From Deinococcota bacterium (lineage in GTDB: Bacteria; Deinococcota; Deinococci; Deinococcales; Thermaceae), in contig JBGFRI010000001.1 of NCBI GenBank assembly GCA_041695225.1, positions 8,438 through 72,437 of the forward strand: 64,000 bases of DNA, given 5' to 3'. Under the pieces are notes generated by a model. It saw nothing but the letters and a program-made list of their open reading frames with translations. It was not told the DNA's origin and searched no databases. Position 1 is the stretch's first letter. The number at the start of each line of letters is the position of its first letter. Positions 34,872 to 45,227 of the stretch are shown here, in pieces. Made by a program: the position numbers and the translations under genes.

Positions 34872-35086
34872 GCTTTCTGGTACTCATAACGAAAGATGCA
34901 ATAGATGCTCCGGCAAAGCCTAACGCCGACGTAACATTATTCAGCGAGCGAGTTTGTGCAAGAAACTACACACAACCCTTAATCAACGGGGCCGCTGGGC
35001 CAGGTCTGATTCGGGTTTGAGCGCTTGCTGAGGTATACTGCCAGCGGGTAAAAGACCCAAAAATTTATCTACCGGGAGGTTCACAG

Positions 35087-36304
35087 ATGCACCGTCGTAT
35101 CCTGTTGGTGATTGCAGCGTTGCTGCTAGCGGCTTGTGGAACCAGGCTAGACCCAGAGGCACAGGCCCCACTGCTTGGGCTTGACAACCCCAAGGTAATT
35201 CCGGGCCAGTACATCGTGGTCTTCAAAGAGGATGCCAGTGTGTTGCCCGCGTTGCAGCGGCTTAGAGCCAGTCTCGAGCGTGGGGTTCACCTGCAAAGGC
35301 AAGATTTACAGAGCCTCGGGCTGGCTGGCGATGCAACGGTTCAACATGTCTACACCGCAACCATCCAGGGGCTGGCTGCGCGCCTTTCACCGGAAAATCT
35401 GGCTCTCTTGCGCCGGGACGCTCGAGTGGCCTTTATTGAAGCCGACCAAATTGTCACCCTTGCTGCCACAACCCAGCCGAACGCCACCTGGGGCCTGGAC
35501 CGGATTGACCAGCGCAGCCTGCCGCTAAACGGTACGTTTATCTACCTGAATACCGGCGCCGGGGTGAATGTGTACGTTCTCGACACCGGAATTCGCTTTA
35601 GCCATACGGAATTTGGTGGCCGGGCGGTTAGCGGCTTTGACGCCATTGGAGATGGGCAGAACGGAAACGACTGTAACGGGCACGGAACCCATGTAGCGGG
35701 CACCGCCGGCGGTGCGACCTTCGGGGTAGCCAAAGGAGTGCGCCTGCACTCGGTGCGGGTGCTAGACTGCGCCGGCTCGGGCACCACCTCCGGGGTGATC
35801 GCCGGGGTAGACTGGGTGCGCCTCAATGCACAAAGGCCAGCGGTAGCCAACATGAGCCTTGGTGGGAGGGCCTCGAGTGCTCTGGACACCGCCGTCAACA
35901 ATGCCATCAACTCCGGCATCACCTTTACCCTGGCCGCCGGCAATAGCAACCAAAATGCCTGTAACTTCTCGCCAGCCCGGGTAGCAGCAGGCATTACTGT
36001 GGGGGCCACCACCTCCACCGATGCCCGGGCCTCGTACTCCAATTTTGGAAGCTGTCTGGACCTGTTTGCTCCGGGCTCTTCCATCACTTCGGCCTGGCAT
36101 ACCAGCGATACCGCCACCAACACTATCAGCGGAACCTCGATGGCGGCACCGCACGTGGCCGGGGTAGCGGCGCTAATCCTGCAAAGCAATCCCTCCGCCA
36201 CCCCGTCAACGGTCCGCGACACCATTGTGGCCAACGCTACTACCGGCGTGGTGACGAGTCCTGGCCGGGGTTCGCCTAATCGCCTGCTCTTTACAAACTA
36301 CTAA
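35087..36304 (+). CDS. S8 subtilase lipoprotein (aqualysin/proteinase K-like) with I9 propeptide
   Basis: Lipobox LAAC, TWGLDRIDQR and the catalytic motifs VLDTG, HGTHVAG and GTSMAAP. Confidence 0.95.
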   Translation: MHRRILLVIAALLLAACGTRLDPEAQAPLLGLDNPKVIPGQYIVVFKEDASVLPALQRLRASLERGVHLQRQDLQSLGLAGDATVQHVYTATIQGLAARLSPENLALLRRDARVAFIEADQIVTLAATTQPNATWGLDRIDQRSLPLNGTFIYLNTGAGVNVYVLDTGIRFSHTEFGGRAVSGFDAIGDGQNGNDCNGHGTHVAGTAGGATFGVAKGVRLHSVRVLDCAGSGTTSGVIAGVDWVRLNAQRPAVANMSLGGRASSALDTAVNNAINSGITFTLAAGNSNQNACNFSPARVAAGITVGATTSTDARASYSNFGSCLDLFAPGSSITSAWHTSDTATNTISGTSMAAPHVAGVAALILQSNPSATPSTVRDTIVANATTGVVTSPGRGSPNRLLFTNY

Positions 36305-36358
36305 ACGCTTTTTGAGAGCTGTTTCACAGGGCCGAGGCAGGAAAAAGTAGCTGTTGTT

Positions 36359-36525
36359 GCGTTGCGAGGAGCCGCAGGCCCCCCGTCATCTCTAGGAGGC
36401 CAAAGACCGACGAAGCAGTCCAGGAGGGACTTAAGCGCACTCTGGCTGCTGGGCTGATCTGGACTGCTTCCCCTTCGGCTACGCCTCAGGGCCTGCGCTG
36501 AGGGCAGTCGAAGGGTCGCAACGAC
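36359..36525. repeat. Inverted copy of the GTCATTGCGA-type palindromic element
   Basis: gttgcgaggag...gacgaagcagtccag...ctggactgcttcccc ttcggctacgcctc...gtcgcaacgac. Confidence 0.7.
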
Positions 36526-36803
36526 GAAAAATCCATTCCTGCCGTCATGCTGGGGCCGCCCATGCCGGCGAATCTAATCTGCCGTGAAGGTCTTTACACA
36601 AATGTCAGCACAGCGCATCAGATTCTTGTATCTTGTTGTCGGAGGTTAAGGGCGTAGCAGCCAGATAGATTAGATCCTTGCTTCGACGCGCACAGCACAA
36701 GCGCTGCGCTGCCCTGAGGTACGAATAGAATAGTCGCAAGTCCCAAGTCGCATGTCAAAAGACCCGTGACCTGAGACCTTCGACCTGAGACCTTCGACAC
36801 TTT

Positions 36804-38621
36804 ATGGATGCCCAAAGCGCCCAGGCCATTGAACTGATTCGCTCCCGCATGCCCATTCAGGAGCTGGTGGGGCGTTATGTGGCGCTCAAACCCAGCGGCA
36901 AGGGTACCTGGAAGGGGCTGTGCCCTTTTCATCAGGAAAAAACCCCTTCGTTTCAGGTCAACGAGGCCAAGGGGCTGTGCTACTGCTTTGGCTGTAAAAG
37001 CGGCGGTGATATCTTTGCATTCTTGCAAAAGATCGAGGGCATCGAGTTTAGGGAGGCCCTGGAGCGCCTTGCTCAGGAGACCGGTGTGGAGCTTCCGCAG
37101 TACAGGGGACGCGCTCCCGCACGCAAAGAAGCCCTGCAGGTTCTCGAGCTGTCTCAGGCCTATTTCCGCTCGCACCTTGGCGGCGAAGCGCTGCAATACC
37201 TGCTAGGGCGTGGCCTGACCCCCGAATCCATCGAACAATTTGGCCTGGGCTACGCCCCAGGCCGCCGGGATGGCCTGATCAAATACCTGCACAGTCACGG
37301 AGTGAGCCCACAAGAGGGAATGGAAGCAGGGGTGCTGATGGAGCGCGAAGGGCACTTTTTCGACCGCTTTCGCCACCGGGTGACCTTCCCCATCCAGGAC
37401 CCTCTGGGCCGCATCGTAGCCTTTACTGCTCGAGCCCTAGCCAAAGACGACCAGCCCAAGTATCTCAACTCCCCCGAGACTCCCCTATTCAAGAAAAGCC
37501 TGCTGCTCTATGGTTACCCCCAAGCCCGCCCGAACATCCGCCAGCAGCGACGGGTGGTGGTGGTGGAGGGTCTTTTTGATGTTATTGCGCTACACCAGAT
37601 GGGCTTTAGCGAGGCTGTGGCGGTGCTGGGTTCTTCGCTGGCTGCCGAGCAGGCCCACCTGCTCAAGCGGGCCGATGCAGCCGAACTCTACCTGTCCTTC
37701 GATGCCGACGAGGCCGGCCGCAAAGCCACCCTGCAAAGCCTGAACCTGGAGATTGCCCGCAGTTTTGTGGTGTATGCGGTCTTGCTCGAGGGGGGGAAAG
37801 ACCCTGCCGATCTGTTGCTGGTACCCGACGGCAAAGACCGTTTTCAGGCTGCACTGACGGCTGCGCTGCCCGAGGTGGAGTACCGCTTTGAAGTAGCCTC
37901 CAAAGGGTTAGATCTGCGTCGCCCGGAGCACAAAAAACGTGTTCTCGAGGCCCTGCGGCCCCGCCTGATCTCGGACGAGCCCTTCGACCGGGTTGTCGAG
38001 AAGCTCAAGGCCAAGGTGATCGGGGCGCTGGAGCTTTCGCCCCGTGCTCTGGAAGACTACCTGGCGCAGGGCCGAGCCTCTTCGCGGCGGACGCAAGGGC
38101 GTACGACCAGCAACCTAAAGCCCCAGCGTGGCCCAGCTGGGCCTGATAAAACGACCAGTATGGGGCTCAGTCGCCCCGACCTGACCGAGAAGCGCCTGTT
38201 GCGCGAGCTGGATGTAATCGCGCTGTTGCACTCGGTGCCCGAGGAAGAGTTTGTGCACTGGGCGCTTTATGTGGAGGACCACACCTGGCCTGGCGAAGGC
38301 AGCTTGCTGGCCGAGTTTATGCAGGCAGCCCGGTCCGAACAGGGTAAAAGCCGCATTCTTAAGCAGTTCGAGCAGCGGGGAGAGGGGGCCCGGCTAATAG
38401 ATGTTCTGATGAAAAGCCCCAGTATTGACCGTGCGAACCTCGAGACCCACCTGGCCATCGCGATGGCCAGGGTGCGCGAGGTGTACTACGAGATGCGTCT
38501 GGATAAGCTCAAAGCCCAGCTAAGTTCAATCAGCGACCCGGAAGAAAACCGCACTTTGATTGTAGAGATCCAGGAAGTGTTGCAGGCTATCGAGGCTGAG
38601 CGGCGGGTATACAAGCGCTGA
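36804..38621 (+). CDS. dnaG: DNA primase
   Basis: CPFHQEKTPSF..CFGC zinc finger, KYLNSPET, VEGLFDV, FDADEAG and KDPAD motifs. Confidence 0.97.
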   Translation: MDAQSAQAIELIRSRMPIQELVGRYVALKPSGKGTWKGLCPFHQEKTPSFQVNEAKGLCYCFGCKSGGDIFAFLQKIEGIEFREALERLAQETGVELPQYRGRAPARKEALQVLELSQAYFRSHLGGEALQYLLGRGLTPESIEQFGLGYAPGRRDGLIKYLHSHGVSPQEGMEAGVLMEREGHFFDRFRHRVTFPIQDPLGRIVAFTARALAKDDQPKYLNSPETPLFKKSLLLYGYPQARPNIRQQRRVVVVEGLFDVIALHQMGFSEAVAVLGSSLAAEQAHLLKRADAAELYLSFDADEAGRKATLQSLNLEIARSFVVYAVLLEGGKDPADLLLVPDGKDRFQAALTAALPEVEYRFEVASKGLDLRRPEHKKRVLEALRPRLISDEPFDRVVEKLKAKVIGALELSPRALEDYLAQGRASSRRTQGRTTSNLKPQRGPAGPDKTTSMGLSRPDLTEKRLLRELDVIALLHSVPEEEFVHWALYVEDHTWPGEGSLLAEFMQAARSEQGKSRILKQFEQRGEGARLIDVLMKSPSIDRANLETHLAIAMARVREVYYEMRLDKLKAQLSSISDPEENRTLIVEIQEVLQAIEAERRVYKR

Positions 38622-38631
38622 GCCAGTGCAA

Positions 38632-38740
38632 CGGTCGAAGGTCTGAAGACGAAGGTCGAAGGCCAAAAGCTTATAGCCGATAGCTTATAGCCAATAGCCA
38701 AAAGACAACGGTCAAAGCTCTAAAGACGAAGTCGAAGTCC
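38632..38740. repeat. Heptamer repeat tract between convergent genes
   Basis: ggtcgaaggtctgaagacgaaggtcgaagg followed by gcttatagccgatagcttatagccaatagcc. Confidence 0.8.
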
Positions 38741-38759
38741 AGAACGCCCGAACAGAGTG

Positions 38760-39422
38760 TCAGCGGCTCAGGCGCAACTCGGGCAGGCCCTGCACCAGAT
38801 ACTCGTCGTGGGTTGCCAGAATAACTGCAGTGTTTAGCTCTTTTGCCAGGCCTAGCATTAGCTCGAGCACCTTCTGGGCATTACGCCGGTCCAGGCTGCC
38901 CGTGGGCTCGTCGGCCAGCAGCAGTTTGGGGCGGTTATAGAGGGCTCTGGCTACTGCAACACGCTGGCGCTCACCCCCCGAGAGTGCCCTGGGAAGTAGC
39001 TGGGCCCGTTCAAGCAGTCCGACCCGACGCAGCAACTCCTGCCCCCAGGTCGGGTCTACCTTGCCGGCCAGATAACCCGGAACCAGGATGTTCTCCAGTG
39101 CGGTCAGTTCGGCTTGCAGATAGTGGTGTTGAAAAACCAGGCCAGCAAAAAACAGCCGCTGCCGCGCCAGCGCCTCTTCGCTCAGGCTACGGATACTCTG
39201 GCCCTGCCAGCGCACATCTCCCGATTGAATGGTCAGTAAGCCAGCCAGAAGGTGCAACAGGGTGGTTTTACCGCTTCCAGACGGCCCCAGGACGACCCGT
39301 GTCTCGCCCTGGTGTACTGCAAAATCAAGTCTTTGAAATAGCTGAACCTCAGCATAGCCAAAACCCAGGTCCACAGCTTCCAGCACTGGAATGTTACCTG
39401 CTACTGGCAAACCGTCACCCAC
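38760..39422 (-). CDS. ABC transporter ATP-binding protein (LolD-like)
   Basis: GPSGSGKTT, LSGGERQR, LADEPTG and ATHD motifs. Start uncertain (39422, 39410 or 39386). Confidence 0.88.
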   Translation of the reverse strand: MGDGLPVAGNIPVLEAVDLGFGYAEVQLFQRLDFAVHQGETRVVLGPSGSGKTTLLHLLAGLLTIQSGDVRWQGQSIRSLSEEALARQRLFFAGLVFQHHYLQAELTALENILVPGYLAGKVDPTWGQELLRRVGLLERAQLLPRALSGGERQRVAVARALYNRPKLLLADEPTGSLDRRNAQKVLELMLGLAKELNTAVILATHDEYLVQGLPELRLSR

Positions 39423-39440
39423 CCCTGTAAAGTGTACCTG

Positions 39441-40118
39441 ATGCTCGTTGATATGCAGCTGCTTGCCAAAACCCCGCTGTTTCAGGCGGTGCCGCCCGTG
39501 GCGCTCGAGGTGGCCCGCGAGTCTTTTGTGACCCGAAGTTATACGGCGGGTAAGCAAATTTTTGAGGCAGGGGACATGGGAGCAGCGCTGTATGTAATCC
39601 AGACTGGCCAGGTTCGCATCTACCGAACCTACCTCGACGGACGTGAGCGGATGTTTGCCTATCTCGGCCCTGGCGAAGTGTTTGGCGAGATGAGCCTGCT
39701 GGACGATCAGCCCCGCAGCGCCTCCGCCGAGACTACCGTCGACTCGCTACTGCTGGTTTTGTACCAGGATGCCTACTGGAGCCTGGTACGCAAATGGCCG
39801 GAAATCCTGCACAATCTGGCTACCATCCTGGCCCGACGGCTGCGTGAAGCCGATCTGGAGCTGGAAGTTCTTTCCTTTGAAGAGGCCAGGGGCCGGGTAG
39901 CCTATGCCCTAACCAAGTTGCGAAAGCAACGCTATGGCGACGGCGTCAAGATGAAACTTACCCACCAGGAGCTGGCCCAGCTCTCGGGAACCAGCCGCGA
40001 GACCGTGACCCGCGTCCTGCATGCACTTCGTGAAGAAGAACTGGTCAAGGTGGGCTCGGGTTTCGTGGAAATCCTGGACCCGGCCGGCCTTGAAGAGGTC
40101 TTGTTTGGGCTGCGATAG
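39441..40118 (+). CDS. Crp/Fnr family transcriptional regulator
   Basis: Cyclic-nucleotide pocket FGEMSLLD..PRSASA and HTH THQELAQLSGTSRETVTR; TAAAGT 7 nt before the ATG. Confidence 0.93.
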   Translation: MLVDMQLLAKTPLFQAVPPVALEVARESFVTRSYTAGKQIFEAGDMGAALYVIQTGQVRIYRTYLDGRERMFAYLGPGEVFGEMSLLDDQPRSASAETTVDSLLLVLYQDAYWSLVRKWPEILHNLATILARRLREADLELEVLSFEEARGRVAYALTKLRKQRYGDGVKMKLTHQELAQLSGTSRETVTRVLHALREEELVKVGSGFVEILDPAGLEEVLFGLR

Positions 40119-40287
40119 CCTTTAGAGCCCATCTACCGCTGGCGCCAAAGGTAGTGGGTGCCTAGGTTACGGCTTTGCCGGAATCGCGTAAGCGACTCGC
40201 CTCGGGTAGGGTCTGCTCTAATGACCAGTTCCGAGGCCTCTTCCAACAATCTCGGTCTGTCCGGTATGATTCCCTCTATCCCCATCT

Positions 40288-40947
40288 ATGCCCCAGATAG
40301 CCCCCTCCATGCTCGCAGCCGACTTTACCCGCCTGGGTGAACAGGTTCTGGTCTGCGCCGAGGCAGGGGCCGACCTGATTCATGTGGATGTGATGGATGG
40401 GCGGTTTGTGCCCAACATTAGTATGGGGCTGGTGGTAGTCGAAGCCCTGAGGAGGGTGAGCCCCCTGCCGCTCGATGTGCACCTGATGATTCTCGAGCCC
40501 GAACGGTATCTGGCCGACTTTGCCAGAGCCGGGGCAAGCTTCCTGACCTTCCACCCCGAGGCTACCCTCCATGCCCACCGGGTAGTGGAGCAGATTTTGG
40601 AACTTGGGGTCAAGGCTGGTATGGCGGTAAATCCCGGTACGCCCCTGGAGTACTTTGAGCCGCTGTTGTGCGATCTGGATCTGGCCCTGCTGATGACGGT
40701 AAACCCGGGTTTTGCCGGGCAAAAGTTTATTGGCCGTAGTCTGGAGAGGTTACGGCAGCTCAAGCAGATGCGCGACCAGCTTAACCCCCGGTGTTTGCTC
40801 GAGGTGGATGGTGGAATCAACCGCCAGACTGCTCCTCAGGTGGTGGCGCTCGGGGCAGATATCCTGGTGGCAGGTTCGGCGGTGTTTGATGGCGATATTG
40901 CCAGGAACATAGCCGCACTGAGGGAGAGTTATGCGTTTGCGGGCTGA
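40288..40947 (+). CDS. rpe: Ribulose-phosphate 3-epimerase
   Basis: [27 protein letters not shown] and VDGGIN motifs. Confidence 0.96.
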   Translation: MPQIAPSMLAADFTRLGEQVLVCAEAGADLIHVDVMDGRFVPNISMGLVVVEALRRVSPLPLDVHLMILEPERYLADFARAGASFLTFHPEATLHAHRVVEQILELGVKAGMAVNPGTPLEYFEPLLCDLDLALLMTVNPGFAGQKFIGRSLERLRQLKQMRDQLNPRCLLEVDGGINRQTAPQVVALGADILVAGSAVFDGDIARNIAALRESYAFAG

Positions 40948-41665
40948 TCTGGTTCCACAGGACAACCTGCACTACCAGGATGTAGTGCTGGTGGTGGATG
41001 TGATCAGGGCAACCACCACGGCAACGGCCTTTTTGGAAGCCGGGGCTAGCAGCCTGTATCTTACAGCAGGTCTGGAACACGCTAGAGCCTTTCGAGATAC
41101 CGATGTGGTCCTGGCGGGTGAGGAAGGGGGCCTTAAGCCCGTGGGCTTTGATTATGGCAACTCGCCCAGGGAGGCCAAAGATGCGCCGGTCAGGGGCAAG
41201 ATTGTGGTGATGAGCACCACCAACGGTACCCGCACAGCGCACCTGGCGGCTCGCAGCGCTAAACACGTTTTACTGGCCTCGCTCTACAACGCCCATGCCG
41301 CGGCCCGCCTGGCGCACCAGCTTGCAACCGAGGAGGTTGCGATTCTGTGCGCCGGCAAGGAGGGCCGCATTGGCCTGGACGATGTATACACCGCAGGCGT
41401 TCTGGCGGAGTTTTTGCAAATTATGGGGCCATACCAGCTCGAGGATGGGGCCTATACAGCCCTCACCACCCGTCGAACCTATGCCGATCCCCTGGAGCCC
41501 TTGAGCCTTTCCGCTGCTGCTCTGGCCTTGCGGCAGGTGGGTTTGGAGGCCGACGTGGCTTTCTGTGCCCAGATAGCCGCTTCTCCGGCCGTGGGCGTGC
41601 TGGAAGGGCGAGTGGGTGAGGCCCTAATTTTCAGAAGAGCCCAGCGCCCAGCCAACGGTAGCTAA
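40931..41665 (+). CDS. comB: 2-Phosphosulfolactate phosphatase family protein
   Basis: [20 protein letters not shown] and STTNGT motifs. Confidence 0.88.
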   Translation: MRLRADLVPQDNLHYQDVVLVVDVIRATTTATAFLEAGASSLYLTAGLEHARAFRDTDVVLAGEEGGLKPVGFDYGNSPREAKDAPVRGKIVVMSTTNGTRTAHLAARSAKHVLLASLYNAHAAARLAHQLATEEVAILCAGKEGRIGLDDVYTAGVLAEFLQIMGPYQLEDGAYTALTTRRTYADPLEPLSLSAAALALRQVGLEADVAFCAQIAASPAVGVLEGRVGEALIFRRAQRPANGS

Positions 41666-41815
41666 AGCCAGTTTCCAGCAGGCTTAGTGTGAGACAAGTG
41701 CCGACCCCAATTGAAGCAGTACCCACCTCAGTGGGAGCGGGTCCTGGCCCGTTTCTTATCGGACCTGGCAGCCCGGCCACGCAAGGAGTGTGCATCCTCC
41801 CCGCAGCCGGAGCCG

Positions 41816-42601
41816 TTACAACCACCCTCTGATTCGGTAACTCAGCAGTCCCAGGTACTCCCGGGTTACGGGGGTGAGGGCCCGAAAGCGGTCGGCAGGC
41901 TTGCTGAGCAACATATCAAAGCGGGGTTCACTGGATACCACACTCACCACCTCTACTCCCAAGTGGCGAAAGGTTCGGGCAGAGCGCTGGCTGTGGGTGG
42001 GGGAAGTCACCAGCAAAACCCGGCCCCAGCCCCGCTCCCTGACCAGCTGGGCCACCGCCAGCGCCTCGGTGCGGGTGTTGCGCATCTGGGGCAGCATGTG
42101 AATTTCCGGGCCACCCTGGCCAAACAACGCCTTAACGCGCTTCTGGGCCTCGAGGCCCAGCGAGGGGCAGCGAGTATGGCCAAAAACCTCGCCCACTGTA
42201 TCGGAAAGAGAAATCCGGGGCGCAAAGCCAGCCCGCCAGAGTTCCAGACCTTTTAGCAGGCGGGCTAGCGAGGCGGCCTCGAGCTCCCCCGATCCGCAGT
42301 GCATACCCCCGCCCAGTACCACAATCAAATCGGCTTGCTGGGGGGGTTGGTCCACCACCAGACCCTGGACCAGCACCGGCATTAGTGGGGTGAAGGCCAC
42401 TGCCGCAGTTAGCAAAGCAGCAGCCGCACTGCCTACCAGCAAGACGCGAAAGGTGAATACAAACAAGCCAGTTAGACTGCCCGCCAGCCAGACCAGGCCC
42501 AACGGCCCCAGGCGAATATCGGGGTTAAGCACCAGGCCCAGCGGCAGCAGTAGCAGGCTGAGCCCTGCGGCAATTAAAAGTCGCTCCCGTAGCTTAGGCA
42601 T
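41816..42601 (-). CDS. YdcF/DUF218 family membrane protein
   Basis: IVVLGGG, RNTRTEA and LVTSPTHSQR motifs; N-terminal transmembrane segments. Confidence 0.85.
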   Translation of the reverse strand: MPKLRERLLIAAGLSLLLLPLGLVLNPDIRLGPLGLVWLAGSLTGLFVFTFRVLLVGSAAAALLTAAVAFTPLMPVLVQGLVVDQPPQQADLIVVLGGGMHCGSGELEAASLARLLKGLELWRAGFAPRISLSDTVGEVFGHTRCPSLGLEAQKRVKALFGQGGPEIHMLPQMRNTRTEALAVAQLVRERGWGRVLLVTSPTHSQRSARTFRHLGVEVVSVVSSEPRFDMLLSKPADRFRALTPVTREYLGLLSYRIRGWL

Positions 42602-42843
42602 CAGGACAATCTTACCTAACGCTAAACTGCATACTGTTCAGGTCTTTCGCCCAGCCACGGTCCAAGGTTCGGATACCGGGTGCCCTTACCTGGACTTTTC
42701 AAAGGGTCTTCTGTCTTCCAGCTTCTCGGCTTTCAGGCATTCACTCTCAAGTCACCACGCTAACCTCGCCAGTAAAACTCTTTTTGCACGCTTTCGCATT
42801 CTTTTACGCTTTTTCAGCACAGTACGGGTGATAGCATATCTTT

Positions 42844-43965
42844 ATGGCGGTTTTATCCACAGATCAAAAGATGGTACTCGAGATGGTTCGGCAGGTTTCC
42901 CGCGAGGTTTTGTGGGACAAGGCCCCCGAGTACGACCAGTCGGGGCAGTACCCCTGGCCCCAGCTAAAGCAGCTTGCACAGCTGGGGCTGCTGGGGATGA
43001 CCACCCCCGAAGCCTGGGGTGGGGCCGGGCTGGACTCGGTAACCTGGGCGCTGGCCATGGAGGAAATTGCCGCCGCCGACCCCAGTGTGGCGGTGATTCT
43101 CTCGGTCACCTCGGGTCTGCCGCAGTACATGCTGAACAAGTATGGCAGCGAGGCACAAAAGAAAAGATATCTGCTACCGCTAGCCAGGGGCGAGTGGATT
43201 GGGGCTTTCTGCCTGACCGAGCCGCACGCGGGCTCCGACCCAGCCTCCCTGAACCTTGCGGCTAAAAAAGTGCCTGGCGGCTGGCAGCTCGATGGCCTGA
43301 AAAGCTGGGTTACCTCGGGCGGACAGGCCCAGCTCTATGTGGTGATGGCCAGGGGCCAGGAGGGAATCAGCAGCTTTCTGGTGGAGAAAGACACCCCAGG
43401 CCTCAGCTTTGGCAGCCCCGAGGAAAAGATGGGCCTTCACGCTGCCCACACCTGCGAGGTGCGCTTCGACGGGGTATTTGTGCCCGAGCAGAACCTACTG
43501 GGCCAGGAGGGGCGGGGGCTGGCCCAGGCCCTGTCTGGGCTGGACTCGGGGCGGATAGGTATTGCTGCTCAGGCGGTGGGGATGGCCCGCGCCGCTTTTG
43601 AGATTGCCATGCAGTACGCCGATGAACGCAGCCAGTTTGGCCAGAAAATACGGGAGTTTCAGGGGGTGAGCTTCAAGCTGGCCGATATGTACACCCGGAT
43701 TGCTGCGGCCCGGGCCCTGACCCTCGAGGCCGCCGCCAAAAAAGACCGGGGCGAGAGATACACCCTGGAGGCCTCTGTCGCCAAGCTTTTTGCCTCGGAC
43801 GTAGCAGTCGGTGTGGCCCGCGAGGCGGTGCAGGTGCTGGGGGGGTATGGCTACCACCGCGAGTACCGGGTGGAGCGCTATTACCGCGACGCCAAAGTTA
43901 CTGAGATTTACGAGGGCACCAGCGAGATTCAAAAAGTGGTAATCGCCCGCGAGCTTTTCCGCTAA
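42844..43965 (+). CDS. Acyl-CoA dehydrogenase
   Basis: FCLTEPHAGSD, GRIGIAAQ, R.QFG and EIYEGTSEIQ motifs. Confidence 0.95.
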   Translation: MAVLSTDQKMVLEMVRQVSREVLWDKAPEYDQSGQYPWPQLKQLAQLGLLGMTTPEAWGGAGLDSVTWALAMEEIAAADPSVAVILSVTSGLPQYMLNKYGSEAQKKRYLLPLARGEWIGAFCLTEPHAGSDPASLNLAAKKVPGGWQLDGLKSWVTSGGQAQLYVVMARGQEGISSFLVEKDTPGLSFGSPEEKMGLHAAHTCEVRFDGVFVPEQNLLGQEGRGLAQALSGLDSGRIGIAAQAVGMARAAFEIAMQYADERSQFGQKIREFQGVSFKLADMYTRIAAARALTLEAAAKKDRGERYTLEASVAKLFASDVAVGVAREAVQVLGGYGYHREYRVERYYRDAKVTEIYEGTSEIQKVVIARELFR

Positions 43966-44043
43966 GCCTCGAGGTGAGCAACTACCGAGGGGTGGGCCAG
44001 GGAAGCTTGACCCTGCCCAGCAAGACCCTTAGTCTCGAAAAAG

Positions 44044-44688
44044 ATGACTGTCCTGATCGTCTACGCCCACCCCAACCCCAGCTCCTTCAACGCCGCCATG
44101 CTTCAGGTTGCGCTGCGCACCTTGCGTCAGGCCGGGCACAGCGTTTTGCTTTCCGACCTGTATGCCATGCAGTTCAACCCCGTGCTGGGCACCAAAGAAC
44201 TGCAGGGCGACTTTAGCGATGTCCAGCCCGAAATGAACAAAGTAAGGCAGGCCCAGCTGCTCTTGTTCCAGTTTCCCAACTGGTGGTACGGGATGCCTGC
44301 CATCATGAAAGGCTGGGTGGACCGGGTTTTCGCCTTTGGTTTTGCCTACGACGACCACCACTCGTTTGAAACTGGCCTGCTGCAGGGGAAACAAGCTATG
44401 CTCTCCATGACTGTGGGAGCCCGCCCAGAATACTACCTCCAGGCCCCCCAGCGCGATTTGATGCGGGTGCTGGAGCCCATTCACTATGGCTATTTCGCCT
44501 ACTGCGGTATGGAGGTGTTTCCACCCTTTATTGCGTATGGACCGGGTGAGATGAGCGAGCCTGAACGCCAAGCTACCCTGAAGGCCTACGGCCAGCACCT
44601 GCAAAAACTGCCCGAACTAAAGCCGCTGCGTTTCAGCCAGGCCAGCACTCGCCCTGGAGGTTCTGATGACGCCAGGCCAGGTACGTGA
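44044..44688 (+). CDS. NAD(P)H:quinone oxidoreductase (flavodoxin-like fold)
   Basis: AHPNPSSFN, DLYAMQFNP and FPNWWYGMPAIMKGWVDRVF motifs. Confidence 0.9.
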   Translation: MTVLIVYAHPNPSSFNAAMLQVALRTLRQAGHSVLLSDLYAMQFNPVLGTKELQGDFSDVQPEMNKVRQAQLLLFQFPNWWYGMPAIMKGWVDRVFAFGFAYDDHHSFETGLLQGKQAMLSMTVGARPEYYLQAPQRDLMRVLEPIHYGYFAYCGMEVFPPFIAYGPGEMSEPERQATLKAYGQHLQKLPELKPLRFSQASTRPGGSDDARPGT

Positions 44689-44810
44689 GATGGTCTGGGC
44701 TGCCCTGGTGCAAAACCGGGCCGGGGCCGATCCCACCCCACCAGGTAATGGGGGCCTGAGCGTTAGCTGCTGGCCGAGAATCGGGTTTCGCACGGCGTAG
44801 TGGCTCTCTT

Positions 44811-45215
44811 CTACTGGTCGGGCCGTTCGTCCAGGCCCCAGATGGCCGCAGGGGCAAACTCGAGCAAATTCCCTGCCGGGTCGCGCACATAAAGACTCTG
44901 GCCGGCCTTCCACTGGGCCCAGGTGACCGGGTAACCGTGGGCCTGTAGTTTCTCTGCCCAGCCCTGCAACTCCCCTGCTGCCACCCGAAAACACACATGC
45001 CCGCTGCCCCGCGCCCCGTGGGGTGGCAGGTCTGTTTCCTGTTCGGTGGCTTCGGGGTTGAACAGCAAGAAAACCCCTGGCCCAGCGCGGAAAAACAGGT
45101 GCCGCCCAGCCTGCTCGGCAAACAGACTCAGGCCCAGCACCCCCTGGTAGAAGGCTTTAGCCGCTTCCAGGTCGGGCGCGTACAGGCAGGTCTCGAGCAC
45201 CCCCGTAATCTTCAT
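44811..45215 (-). CDS. VOC/glyoxalase family protein
   Basis: LETCLY, HVCF and YVRDPAGNLLE motifs. Confidence 0.88.
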   Translation of the reverse strand: MKITGVLETCLYAPDLEAAKAFYQGVLGLSLFAEQAGRHLFFRAGPGVFLLFNPEATEQETDLPPHGARGSGHVCFRVAAGELQGWAEKLQAHGYPVTWAQWKAGQSLYVRDPAGNLLEFAPAAIWGLDERPDQ

Positions 45216-45227
45216 CTTCGCCTCCGG

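Noticed and set aside
38070..38170. Low-complexity linker in DnaG as another repeat insertion
   Set aside because: No palindrome or match to the repeat families found.
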